Shown here: positions 1 to 10,189 of the stretch, piece by piece
Numbering within the stretch: the stretch's first letter is position 1
Layout: each line of letters opens with the position of its first letter
Assembly (NCBI GenBank): GCA_050012475.1
Contig: JBEKHC010000128.1
Coordinates: forward strand, 1 to 11,198
Reading direction: 5' to 3'
DNA: 11,198 nt
From: Candidatus Velthaea sp.
GTDB lineage: Bacteria; Vulcanimicrobiota; Vulcanimicrobiia; Vulcanimicrobiales; Vulcanimicrobiaceae
Position numbers and translations under genes: made by a program
The notes under the pieces: model-generated
What the model saw: the letters and a program-made list of their open reading frames with translations, nothing else
What the model was told of the DNA's origin: nothing
Databases searched by the model: none

Positions 1-1
1 G

Positions 2-613
2 TTCGGTGACGTTGCCCGAGAAATCCGAGACATACGGGTCGCCCGTCGCCGTCGCGATGATCGCGTGTGCACCGCGATCGTCGGTGCGCAGCGACTGCTC
101 GCGGGTGATGATGTCGTCGAACCGCACGCAGCGCAAACACAAAATGCAGCGTTCTTCATCGAGCACGATGGTGGGCCCGAGATCGACTGCCTTGGGTTTG
201 GATTCCTTGGCGTCGATCATGCGCGATGCGCCCTGGCCGTAGGCCATCGAGTAGTCTTGCAGATCGCACTCGCCGCCCTTGTCGCAAATCGGACAGTCCA
301 GCGGATGATTGAGCAGCAAGAACTCGAGGATCGCGCGCCGGCCTTCGCTGGCTTTGGCGTTCTGGGTGTGCACTTTCATGCCGTCGGCGACGGGTGTGTT
401 GCAGCCGATCTGCAGCTTGGGCATGCCCTCGATGTCGACCAAACACACGCGGCACAGCCCGGCCGGCCCGAGCTTGGTGTGATAGCAATACACCGGGATC
501 TCGTTGTTGACCAGCTTCGCCGCCTCGACGAGCAGCGTTCCTTTGGGAACTTGCACGTCGACGCCGTCGATGGTGACGGTGACGAGATCGGTTTGCGCAA
601 CGGTGGAAGTCAT
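2..613 (-). CDS. nuoG: NADH-quinone oxidoreductase subunit G, N-terminal part (runs off window start)
   Basis: Not in the ORF track because there is no stop in the window. Manual translation from ATG at 613: MTSTVAQTDLVTVTIDGVDVQVPKGTLLVEAAK...CYHTKLGPAGLCRVCLV...GCNTP (N1b cluster)...NHPLDCPICDKGGECDLQD (N5)...DEERCILCLRCVRF (N4). GAAAG precedes the ATG. Position after nuoF fits. Confidence 0.95.
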   Translation of the reverse strand, partial: MTSTVAQTDLVTVTIDGVDVQVPKGTLLVEAAKLVNNEIPVYCYHTKLGPAGLCRVCLVDIEGMPKLQIGCNTPVADGMKVHTQNAKASEGRRAILEFLLLNHPLDCPICDKGGECDLQDYSMAYGQGASRMIDAKESKPKAVDLGPTIVLDEERCILCLRCVRFDDIITREQSLRTDDRGAHAIIATATGDPYVSDFSGNVTE

Positions 614-620
614 AGTGCTT

Positions 621-853
621 TCAAAACGGACGGCGGTTGGCCCGCGCGCGCAGTGCGGCGAGAAAGAGCAGAACGATACCAACGGCGGTGACGGCCACGC
701 CGATGACCGTCAACACGGCGTTGGGATGGGACCCATAAGGGCCGAACAGCAAGACCGTGAGCACGGCCGCGTTGATCATGACGATCGCCGTCGGGAGCAG
801 CGGCGATTGCGGCTTGCCCGGCATCACATTTGGATCCAGCGGACCGGCGGGCG

Positions 854-857
<4 letters not shown>
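621..857 (-). CDS. Hypothetical 78-aa membrane protein with two predicted TM helices, within the nuo operon (orfX)
   Basis: C-terminal part of track ORF 621..2000. ATG (857-855) overlaps the nuoF TGA (ATGA); its stop is 7 nt before the nuoG ATG. Hydrophobic segments LLPTAIVMINAAVLTVLLFG and AVLTVIGVAVTAVGIVLLFLAAL, then a basic tail RARANRRPF. Confidence 0.75.
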
Positions 858-2141
<1,284 letters not shown>

Positions 2142-2146
<5 letters not shown>

Positions 2147-2941
2147 GGCTGGCCTCTCCGTTCCCGGGCTGCAAGTTTTTCTCGTGCAGGACGCGTTCGC
2201 GCGAACGATCGGCGTAGGCCGGATCGGCCATCAGCCGGTCGAGCATGATCACGCCGCTGCGGTCGCCGATCCCGCCGGCATTGTTCGGATTCGTGACGCC
2301 GCGGCCGCCGGCCGACTTGCGGCCGGTGTCCTGCGCGACTTTCCAGGTTCGTTCGGGCGGGACCGACTGCACCAGCGGCGCGACCGCGTACGTCCCCGCG
2401 CGCATCGCCGCGATCATCGCGTCGACGTCGGGTTTGGTGAGCTTGTAGACGAATTCGAGGTTGACTTGCATGCACGGCGCCTGATCGCAGGCCGCCAAAC
2501 ACTCGGCTTCCTCGTACGAAAATACGCCGTCGGCGCTCGTTTCGAGATGGCCGATGCCGAGCTGCTCGCAGAAGTAGGCCATGATTTCTTCGGCGCCGTT
2601 GATGATGCACGACAGGTTGCGGCAGACCTGGATCATGTACTTGCCGACCGGCTTGCGGAAAAAGAGGGTGTAGAACGAAACCGTCGACTCGACGACCGCC
2701 GGCGACAAGTCGAGCAGGTACGCAATCGCCACGATCGCGTTCTGCGACAAATAGCCTTCGTGCTCCTGAAACAGATGCGCCATCGGGATGAGCGCGCTGC
2801 GCGAGTTCTCGTACTGGGCGATGAGCGCTTCACAGTCGGGGCGTATCTTCAGGAACAGTTCGTCGAAGAAATTCCCCGGCCGCGTGATGTACGGATCCCA
2901 ATCCGCCGGAGCGAGCGGCGTGGCGGCCGGCCCGTGCGCCA

Positions 2942-2942
<1 letters not shown>
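2142..2942 (-). CDS. nuoE: NADH-quinone oxidoreductase subunit E (2Fe-2S, N1a), 266 aa, with C-terminal extension
   Basis: C-terminal part of track ORF 2142..4559. ATG overlaps the nuoD stop (TGATG). Motifs SFYTLF, VCRNLSC (C107, C112) and ECLAACDQAP (C148, C152). Confidence 0.95.
2153..2159 (-). promoter_or_regulatory. Shine-Dalgarno-like GGAGAGG, 6 nt upstream of the proposed nuoF ATT start
   Basis: Minus strand reads C-GGAGAGG-CCAGCC-ATT-AGC, within the last codons of nuoE. Confidence 0.65.
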
Positions 2943-4182
<1,240 letters not shown>

Positions 4183-4186
<4 letters not shown>

Positions 4187-4914
4187 TTCGATCCGTCCTT
4201 GGGCAGTTGGCCGCCGCGCGCGGCGTTCGGTTCGCCCGCAAGCTGTTGCGGCGTCGCCGCCGCGGCGGTGGAAACGGCGCCCGGCGTGCTTCCGCTCTGC
4301 GCGTTCGTCGCCGCGTGCGGCGCCGGATCCGGTGCGACTTGACCGCGCGCAGCGGCGATTTGGCGCTGCAGCGCGGCCGCCGTCTTGCCGGAAGCCGGCG
4401 TGCCGGCCGCGACGTTCGACTTGAGCGCGAACGACGGACGCGGCGTGCGCTCGCGCGCCGGACCGCGCAGCGGATAATCTTTGCGCAGCGGATGACCCTC
4501 CCAATCGGCGGGCATTTGAATGCGGCGCAAATCCGGGTGACCGCTGAAGCTGATGCCAAAGAGATCGTAGACTTCGCGCTCGGCCCAATCGGCGGCCGGC
4601 CAAATGTCGCTGACGCTCGGCACGACCGGCTCGGCCGCCGGCACGCCGCACAGCACGCGCACGCGCGTAGCTTGCGCGCCGTTGAGCGCGAGTTTGAGCA
4701 GGTGATACACCACGTCGAAGCGCGGCTCGCGTTCGAGATAGTCGACGCCGCCGATGTCGGTGAGCATGGCGTAGCCGGCGCGCCGCAGCGCCGTCAATTC
4801 CTCGCGCACCGCGCCGGGCGTCGTGCGAATGATCTGCGCATCGTCGATTGCAGGCCGGACCGCCGTCGGATCGAGAGCGGTCGAACCGGCGGGCGGCGTT
4901 TGCGAACTCGGCAT
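4183..4914 (-). CDS. nuoC: NADH-quinone oxidoreductase subunit C, 243 aa, with Ala/Pro/Gly-rich C-terminal extension
   Basis: Signature WAEREVYDLFGISFSGHPDLRRIQMPADWEGHPLRKDYPL and RFDVVYHLL. Encoded separately from nuoD. Confidence 0.95.
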
Positions 4915-5117
4915 CAGTGTGGTGTCTCGGCAGTTCCGTGCGAAAGATCGCGAAGGATTTTTCGCTGGATCGAGGAGCGATCAGGGAGCGAAGCGGTGCC
5001 TTCGTGACCGAGGAGCGACGATGAGCCGGCGGTGGCTTCGTGGCCGAGGAGCGACGATAAGCCGGCGGAAAAGCCGAGCGAGATTTCGTGCGCGAACTGT
5101 CGAGACATGACACTCAC
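4914..5117 (-). CDS. Putative 67-aa bridging ORF spanning the inserted element
   Basis: GTG overlaps the nuoB stop (GTGA) and its TGA overlaps the nuoC start (TGATG). The peptide repeats SSLLGHE twice. No recognisable family; may be translated without having a protein function. Confidence 0.4.
   Translation of the reverse strand: MSVMSRQFAHEISLGFSAGLSSLLGHEATAGSSSLLGHEGTASLPDRSSIQRKILRDLSHGTAETPH
4917..5113. mobile_element. 197-bp MITE-like / palindromic non-autonomous element between nuoB and nuoC
   Basis: Left end GTGTGGTGTCTCGGCAGTTC-CGTGCGAAA versus reverse complement of right end GTGTCATGTCTCGACAGTTCGCGCACGAAA; looser pairing continues to about 52 nt per arm (4917-4968 / 5062-5113). 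Flanked by TCA at 4914-4916 and 5114-5116. No transposase in the window. Confidence 0.7.
4993..5068 (+). repeat. Two tandem 36-bp direct repeats (33/36 identical) plus 4 nt of a further unit
   Basis: 4993-5028 GCGGTGCCTTCGTGACCGAGGAGCGACGATGAGCCG; 5029-5064 GCGGTGGCTTCGTGGCCGAGGAGCGACGATAAGCCG; then GCGG. The core CGAGGAGCGA also occurs at 4971-4980. Confidence 0.95.
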
Positions 5118-5596
5118 GCTCGAGCGAGGATTCCGCCGCGTCCGCCTTGACGGATCTGCTGCTGAATCAAGTTGACGGCGTAGAGCAAACCGTCGGGCGT
5201 GGGCGGGCAGCCCGGCATATAGACGTCGACGGGAATCACCGTATCGACCCCCTGCACGATGGCGTAATTGTCAAAGACTCCACCCGAACTCGCGCACGCG
5301 CCCATCGAAATCACCCACTTCGGATCGGCCATTTGGTCGTACAACCGTTTGATGATCGGCGCCATCTTCTGAGCGACCCGGCCGGAAACGATCATCAGAT
5401 CGGCTTGGCGCGGCGATGCACGAAACACTTCCGAGCCGAACCGCGCCATGTCGTATTCCGGCGCGGTCGCCGTCATCATCTCAATGGCGCAGCAGGCCAA
5501 CCCCATGGTCAACGGCCAGACACTCGACGATTGGGCCCAGCGGGCGACCTCGTCGACCTTGCCGAGCAGAAACTGACCCGGGGAATCTACCGCCAT
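5114..5596 (-). CDS. nuoB: NADH-quinone oxidoreductase subunit B (N2 cluster), 160 aa
   Basis: Motifs [49 protein letters not shown] at 5596 overlaps the nuoA end by 10 nt, with GAGAGG upstream. Confidence 0.97.
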   Translation of the reverse strand: MAVDSPGQFLLGKVDEVARWAQSSSVWPLTMGLACCAIEMMTATAPEYDMARFGSEVFRASPRQADLMIVSGRVAQKMAPIIKRLYDQMADPKWVISMGACASSGGVFDNYAIVQGVDTVIPVDVYMPGCPPTPDGLLYAVNLIQQQIRQGGRGGILARA

Positions 5597-5940
5597 TGAA
5601 AACCGCCTCTCTTCCACACATAGGCATACCCGATTGCCAAAACCACCACGAAGACGATCATCTCCAAGAGACCGAAAACGCGCAGCGCATGCATTTGGAC
5701 TGCCCATGGATAGAAGGATGCCGCCTCGACATCGAAGACGACGAAGAGCATCGCGATGAGATAAAAGCGAACGGGAAATCGCCCGCTGACGTCGGAGGTG
5801 GGTTCGACGCCGCATTCGTACGCTTCGCTCTTGACGGCGTTGGGCTTGCGCTGCGCCATGAGGCCGGGCAAGCCGGTAAAGAGAAGCGCCGCTGCGAGCG
5901 CGACGGCGAAATAGATGGCGACGGGACCGTACGGAGTCAT
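5587..5940 (-). CDS. nuoA: NADH-quinone oxidoreductase subunit A, 117 aa
   Basis: Three hydrophobic helices, loop [25 protein letters not shown], terminal WKRGGFQW. Confidence 0.97.
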   Translation of the reverse strand: MTPYGPVAIYFAVALAAALLFTGLPGLMAQRKPNAVKSEAYECGVEPTSDVSGRFPVRFYLIAMLFVVFDVEAASFYPWAVQMHALRVFGLLEMIVFVVVLAIGYAYVWKRGGFQWR

Positions 5941-6114
5941 GAGCGCTTGATTTTCTGGAAGGTCGTGCAGACGGCCTTCGCGCCGGCAGCAATCGGGCCA
6001 TCGCTTGCAGCGCGCGCGGCGGCCGCGGCTCGCGCCGCAGCCGGAAAGCCGACCTGCGATTGCGAATGCGACGCCGGGATGATCACACCCAAGTCCGCCG
6101 GAGCCGAGCAGTCG

Positions 6115-6516
6115 ATGCGCGGCAAAATCCTTTCCCGAACGGCGTTTGCGTTCGGCGTCCTGTGCTGCGCGTTAGCGGCCTGCGGGCCGGATCCCAATCC
6201 CAACGGCGAGACGCACACCGGCTCGATCGTCGGCACGATCATCGATGCCTCCAACCGCCAAGCGGTGCCCAGCGCCACGGTTGTGGTCGGGACGCACGTG
6301 CGCAACGTGGTCGCGTCGGACGGCGGGAAATTCAGCCTCGACGGCGTGCCGATCGGCAACCAAACGCTGGTGATCCGCGCGATCGGCTACGCGACCGAAA
6401 CCGAAACGATTCTCGTTACTACCGGCAACACGTCCAAAGCCGGCGACGCCGGGCTCGTCCGGCTCCAATCGACACTCAATCCGGCTTCGCCCACGCCCCA
6501 ACCGCGCGCAACCTAA
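6115..6516 (+). CDS. Lipoprotein with carboxypeptidase regulatory-like (transthyretin-like beta-sandwich) domain, 133 aa
   Basis: Signal peptide with lipobox LAA-C. Pattern GSIVGTIIDASNRQAVPSATVVV...SDGGKFSLDGVPIGNQTLVIRAIGY is typical of CarboxypepD_reg-like domains. GGAG at 6100-6103. Alternative ATG at 6079. Confidence 0.75.
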   Translation: MRGKILSRTAFAFGVLCCALAACGPDPNPNGETHTGSIVGTIIDASNRQAVPSATVVVGTHVRNVVASDGGKFSLDGVPIGNQTLVIRAIGYATETETILVTTGNTSKAGDAGLVRLQSTLNPASPTPQPRAT

Positions 6517-7091
6517 CCCGGGGACACCGGAACGCCGCAGCTGCGCAGATCGAGCGCATAACCGGCGACGACGAGTTCAACACGCTCGGCGATGCGGCCG
6601 ATGCGTTGCGCGAGGCGGCCGAGGTGATCGCGGAATAACCGGCCTTGCGCCGACGGCGGTACGACTCCCCATCCCGCTTCCTCGGCGACCAGCACGACGT
6701 TCGCCCGCGCTGCCGTCAGCCCGGCAAGAAACGGCTCGGCGTGTCGTTCGAGTTCCTCCAGCGCTTGCATCGGATCGCGTTCGACGAGCGCTTCGAGGTC
6801 GAACAGCGAGCCGGCGATCCACGTCCCGAGCGAATCGACGAGCAGTGTGGTTTCCGGCGCGGCCTCGGCGACGATCGCGGCGAGATCGGCTCCGCCCGGC
6901 CGCCACAATTCGAGCGCCGGCTCGGCGCCGCGCTCGCTGCGGTGCCGAGCGACGCGGTCGGCCATTTCGCGATCGGCCGGATCGATGCGTAAGGTGAGGA
7001 CATTCGTGACCGGGCAGGCGAAGGCTCGCGCAACGCTGCGGGCACGGGCACTTTTTCCCGAACGAACCGGGCCCGTTATCAGAACGATCAT
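6513..7091 (-). CDS. cobU: Bifunctional adenosylcobinamide kinase / adenosylcobinamide-phosphate guanylyltransferase (CobU/CobP)
   Basis: N-terminal P-loop LITGPVRSGKS, EMADRVARHR (guanylylated His region), LLVDSLGTW, EEAGWGVVP, RLFRDHLG, VELVVAG. Stop overlaps the convergent lipoprotein stop. Confidence 0.92.
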   Translation of the reverse strand: MIVLITGPVRSGKSARARSVARAFACPVTNVLTLRIDPADREMADRVARHRSERGAEPALELWRPGGADLAAIVAEAAPETTLLVDSLGTWIAGSLFDLEALVERDPMQALEELERHAEPFLAGLTAARANVVLVAEEAGWGVVPPSAQGRLFRDHLGRLAQRIGRIAERVELVVAGYALDLRSCGVPVSPG

Positions 7092-7171
7092 CGGCGTCGG
7101 GTACGGGCGAGCACGCGGCGCAACCTTCGGCCGAAAACTTCGCGGCTCGCAGCCGGGTTGGAAGCCGCAGA

Positions 7172-8275
7172 ATGACCGCAGCGCTCTTTTTGGTCGCCGG
7201 GATCGTGCTGGTCGTTTCGACCTTCAGCGATGTCTTCCAATCCGTCATCGTGCCGCGTCCGGCCCGGCGGCGGCTGCGTGCGAGCGCGTTCATCTCGCGC
7301 TGGTTTTGGAAAGGCTGGCGCTGGATCGGTCACACCGCGCTCCCCAACGAACTGCGCGAGGATTTCCTGGGCACGTTCGCGCCGGCGCTGCTGATCTTTT
7401 TGCTCGCTTTTTGGGTTGCCAGCCTCATCATCGGTTACGGCTTCATGTTCTTCGCCTTGCGCGGCGAACTCAAACCCGAACCGACCTTGGGCGGCGCGCT
7501 CTATTTCGCCGGAACGTCGCTGCTGACGGTCGGCTTCGGCGACATCGTCCCGCTCGATTCGGCGACACGTCTTTTGGCGGTGCTCGCCGGCGCGTCGGGG
7601 CTCGGTGTGGTCGCGATCCTCACGACGTTCCTGTTTGCGATCTTCGGCGCGTATCACGCCCGCGAGGCATTCGTCGTCGCGTTGTGCAACCGCGCCGGCG
7701 CGCCGCCGTCGGGAGTCGAACTGGTCGAAATCCACTCCCGGCTGCACGCCATCGACGGTTTGGTCGCAACGCTGCGTGAAGCGCAAACGTGGATGGCATT
7801 GGTGCTCGAAACGCATCTCGCGTATCCCGTGCTGACCTACTTCCGCTCGACGCACGATGCCATCTCGTGGGTCGGCGCGCTCGGCGCCGTCCTCGACGCA
7901 TCGACGATCACGATCACCACGATCGACGTTCCCAACAAAGCCGAGGCCATTTTCGTCAACCGGCTGGGCCGCCATTTCGTGCGCGATTTCGGCCATTACT
8001 TCGGCTTGGGTGACGGCGCGGACGTCGGCATCGAGCGCGCTGAGTTCGATCTGGCGTACGACCGGCTCGCACTGGCCGGCATTCCACTCGTGGAACGCGA
8101 CACGGCGTGGCGCCACTTCGTCGAAGTGCGGTCGACTTACGCGAGCGAACTCAACGCGATGGCCCAATACTGGCGCATCCCGCCCGCGCAATGGGTCGGG
8201 GATCGATCGCTGCTCGGCCACAATCCGCCGCTCAAAGTCGCGCACGATTTGCCGCGGGTGCCGAGCGCGCGTTAA
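7172..8275 (+). CDS. Potassium channel family protein (pore module with extra N-terminal TM and C-terminal soluble domain), 367 aa
   Basis: Pore helix and selectivity filter ALYFAGTSLLTVGFGDIVP between two hydrophobic helices. Confidence 0.88.
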   Translation: MTAALFLVAGIVLVVSTFSDVFQSVIVPRPARRRLRASAFISRWFWKGWRWIGHTALPNELREDFLGTFAPALLIFLLAFWVASLIIGYGFMFFALRGELKPEPTLGGALYFAGTSLLTVGFGDIVPLDSATRLLAVLAGASGLGVVAILTTFLFAIFGAYHAREAFVVALCNRAGAPPSGVELVEIHSRLHAIDGLVATLREAQTWMALVLETHLAYPVLTYFRSTHDAISWVGALGAVLDASTITITTIDVPNKAEAIFVNRLGRHFVRDFGHYFGLGDGADVGIERAEFDLAYDRLALAGIPLVERDTAWRHFVEVRSTYASELNAMAQYWRIPPAQWVGDRSLLGHNPPLKVAHDLPRVPSAR

Positions 8276-8279
8276 AGCG

Positions 8280-9014
8280 TCATTTGCGCTCGTGCAAGGC
8301 GAGGAATTTGGTCGCAATGTCGATCGGCGTGGCGAAACCGATCGCACGTTCTTCGTCGAACCGCGACTCGGCGATGCCGACGATCGTTCCGCTGCCAGCT
8401 TCGAACACCGGACCGCCGCTTTCACCGGGGATGATCGGCACGTCGAGTTCGAGCGATCCGTCGCGCACGCTGGCGATCCGTCCGGCATAGATCGAGACCT
8501 TCGTGCCCAGATGTTCGTCCTCGAACGCGTCGGGAATTGGGTAGCCCATCACGCCGATCGGCCGGCCGGCTTCCAAGCCTTTGGACGTGCCGAGTGCAAC
8601 GGGGCGAACGCCGCGAATGCGGGTTTCCAGGATCGCGACGTCATCGCGATCGTCGCTCACCGCCACTACGCGCGCCGGCGCTTTGCCCGCATCGCCGATG
8701 TGGGCCACGATGTTGCGCGCATCCGCAACGACGTGCGCGTCGGTCAGGATGCGCGAACCCCAGCTGCCGCTTTGCACGACGATGCCGCTGCCGTATGCTT
8801 CGTCGTATGCGCCCTTGCGCTTGGGATCGTCGCTGGGAATCTCCATCGTGAACAGCACCATCGACGGCCGCAGCCGGCGATACATGTCCACATAGATGTC
8901 CCCCGCCAGCGCCGGCTTCGCGGGTGCCGGGTTGGCCGGCGCCGGGCGCGCGCAAGCCGCCAGCGCGACCAACGCCGCCGCCACGCCGCACCACCGCAGC
9001 ACCGTCGCGATCAC
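8280..9014 (-). CDS. Trypsin-like (S1C/HtrA-related) serine protease lipoprotein without PDZ domain, 244 aa
   Basis: Lipobox LAA-C; YGSGIVV; triad motifs ILTDAHVV (His), DDVAIL (Asp), PGESGGP (Ser); IGFATPI. GTG overlaps the hflX stop (GTGA). Confidence 0.88.
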   Translation of the reverse strand: MIATVLRWCGVAAALVALAACARPAPANPAPAKPALAGDIYVDMYRRLRPSMVLFTMEIPSDDPKRKGAYDEAYGSGIVVQSGSWGSRILTDAHVVADARNIVAHIGDAGKAPARVVAVSDDRDDVAILETRIRGVRPVALGTSKGLEAGRPIGVMGYPIPDAFEDEHLGTKVSIYAGRIASVRDGSLELDVPIIPGESGGPVFEAGSGTIVGIAESRFDEERAIGFATPIDIATKFLALHERK

Positions 9015-10117
9015 CGCGCCACGAGACGCTCGGCGATGGCAGCCCGCAACCGATCGATGCCGTCACCGTTCTTGGCGCTGACCTCGATCGCACCGGCCGG
9101 CAGTGCGGCGCGGCCGGCGGCGTCGAGCCGATCGACTTTATTGAACGCCACAATCACCGGCCGTTCGTCGAGATTGAGTTCCTTTAAAATCGTCTCGACG
9201 CTCTGACGCTGGCGCGGCCAGTCCGGATTGGACGCGTCGATCACGTGGACGAGCAAGTCCGCGAGTTCGAGTTCTTCGAGCGTGGCGCGAAAAGCGCTGA
9301 TGAGTTCCTTGGGCAGCGCCGTGATGAAGCCGACGGTATCGGCAAGGCGCACGTTTTGCCCATCGCCCAGATACACGCGGCGCAACGTCGGATCGAGCGT
9401 TGCGAACGGCTGATCGGCGACGAACGCCGCATTGGTGCGCAACGGATCGATCCCCGCCAAACGGTTGAGCAACGACGATTTGCCGACGTTCGTGTAGCCC
9501 ACGAGCGCAACGTAGGGATCGCGTCCGCCGCCCGAGCGGCGCGTTTGGCGCTGCTTGCGCACCTCGTCGAGCTGATCGCGCAGCAGACTCACGCGCTGCT
9601 GGATCTTCCGGCGGTCGACTTCGAGCTTCGTTTCACCCGGACCGCGCGAACCGACGCCGCCGCCCAACCGCGACAGCGCCGCACCGGCACCGATCAGATT
9701 CGACTGACGGTAGCGCAGCTGCGCCAATTCGACTTGCAGCTGGCCTTCGCGCGAGCGCGCGTGCTGGGCGAAGATATCGAGGATGAGCATGCTGCGGTCG
9801 ACGATCGGCAGCGGCACGATCTTCTCGAGGTTCGTGCGCTGGCGCGGACGCAAATCGTTGAAGACGAAGAGCGCGTCGGCCCCCAGCTCTTTGGCGCGCT
9901 CGGCGATCTCGTGCGCTTTGCCGCTGCCGACGAGCGTCGCCGGATCGACGTGCGGCAGCTTTTGCACGACCTCGCCCACGACGACGACGCCGGCAGCCCG
10001 CACCAGCGCGGCGAACTCGGCGAGTTCGGGCGCCAGCGGCGCGGCCCGGTCGTGCACGTCGACGGCCACGAGCAGAGCCCGCTGCGGCGCGTCCGCGACG
10101 GTGCGAAGAGTAGTCAC
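9011..10117 (-). CDS. hflX: Ribosome-splitting GTPase HflX (short form ending after the G domain), 368 aa
   Basis: GSGKAHEI, LILDIFAQHARSREGQLQVELAQL, GSRGPGETKLEVDRR; G1 GYTNVGKS, G2 FATLDPT, G3 DTVGFI, G4 NKVD, G5 SAK. Confidence 0.97.
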   Translation of the reverse strand: MTTLRTVADAPQRALLVAVDVHDRAAPLAPELAEFAALVRAAGVVVVGEVVQKLPHVDPATLVGSGKAHEIAERAKELGADALFVFNDLRPRQRTNLEKIVPLPIVDRSMLILDIFAQHARSREGQLQVELAQLRYRQSNLIGAGAALSRLGGGVGSRGPGETKLEVDRRKIQQRVSLLRDQLDEVRKQRQTRRSGGGRDPYVALVGYTNVGKSSLLNRLAGIDPLRTNAAFVADQPFATLDPTLRRVYLGDGQNVRLADTVGFITALPKELISAFRATLEELELADLLVHVIDASNPDWPRQRQSVETILKELNLDERPVIVAFNKVDRLDAAGRAALPAGAIEVSAKNGDGIDRLRAAIAERLVAR

Positions 10118-10159
10118 GCACGCGGGTTAGGGAAACCCCGGCGGCCGGCCTTCCGCGGG

Positions 10160-10189
10160 CGAGGTCGCCTTCACCGCCCGGCGTACCAT
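10160..10189 (+). promoter_or_regulatory. Putative promoter for a leaderless permease transcript: CGAGG-N19-TACCAT, 5 nt before GTG
   Basis: TACCAT (10184-10189) fits the TANNNT -10 consensus, there is no SD before GTG 10195, and similar spacing is seen upstream of hflX, cobU and nuoA. Confidence 0.5.

Noticed and set aside
4993..5064. 36-bp repeats as a CRISPR array
   Set aside because: The repeats are directly adjacent with no spacers, there are only two good copies, and no cas genes are in the window.
4917..5113. Element as an integron attC site
   Set aside because: attC needs RYYYAAC at the left and GTTRRRY at the right; here GTT precedes AAC, and there is no cassette or integrase context.
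5416..6114. N-terminal extension of the 366-aa ORF 5416..6516
   Set aside because: It overlaps nuoA/nuoB antisense; the signal peptide and lipobox place the real start at about 6115.
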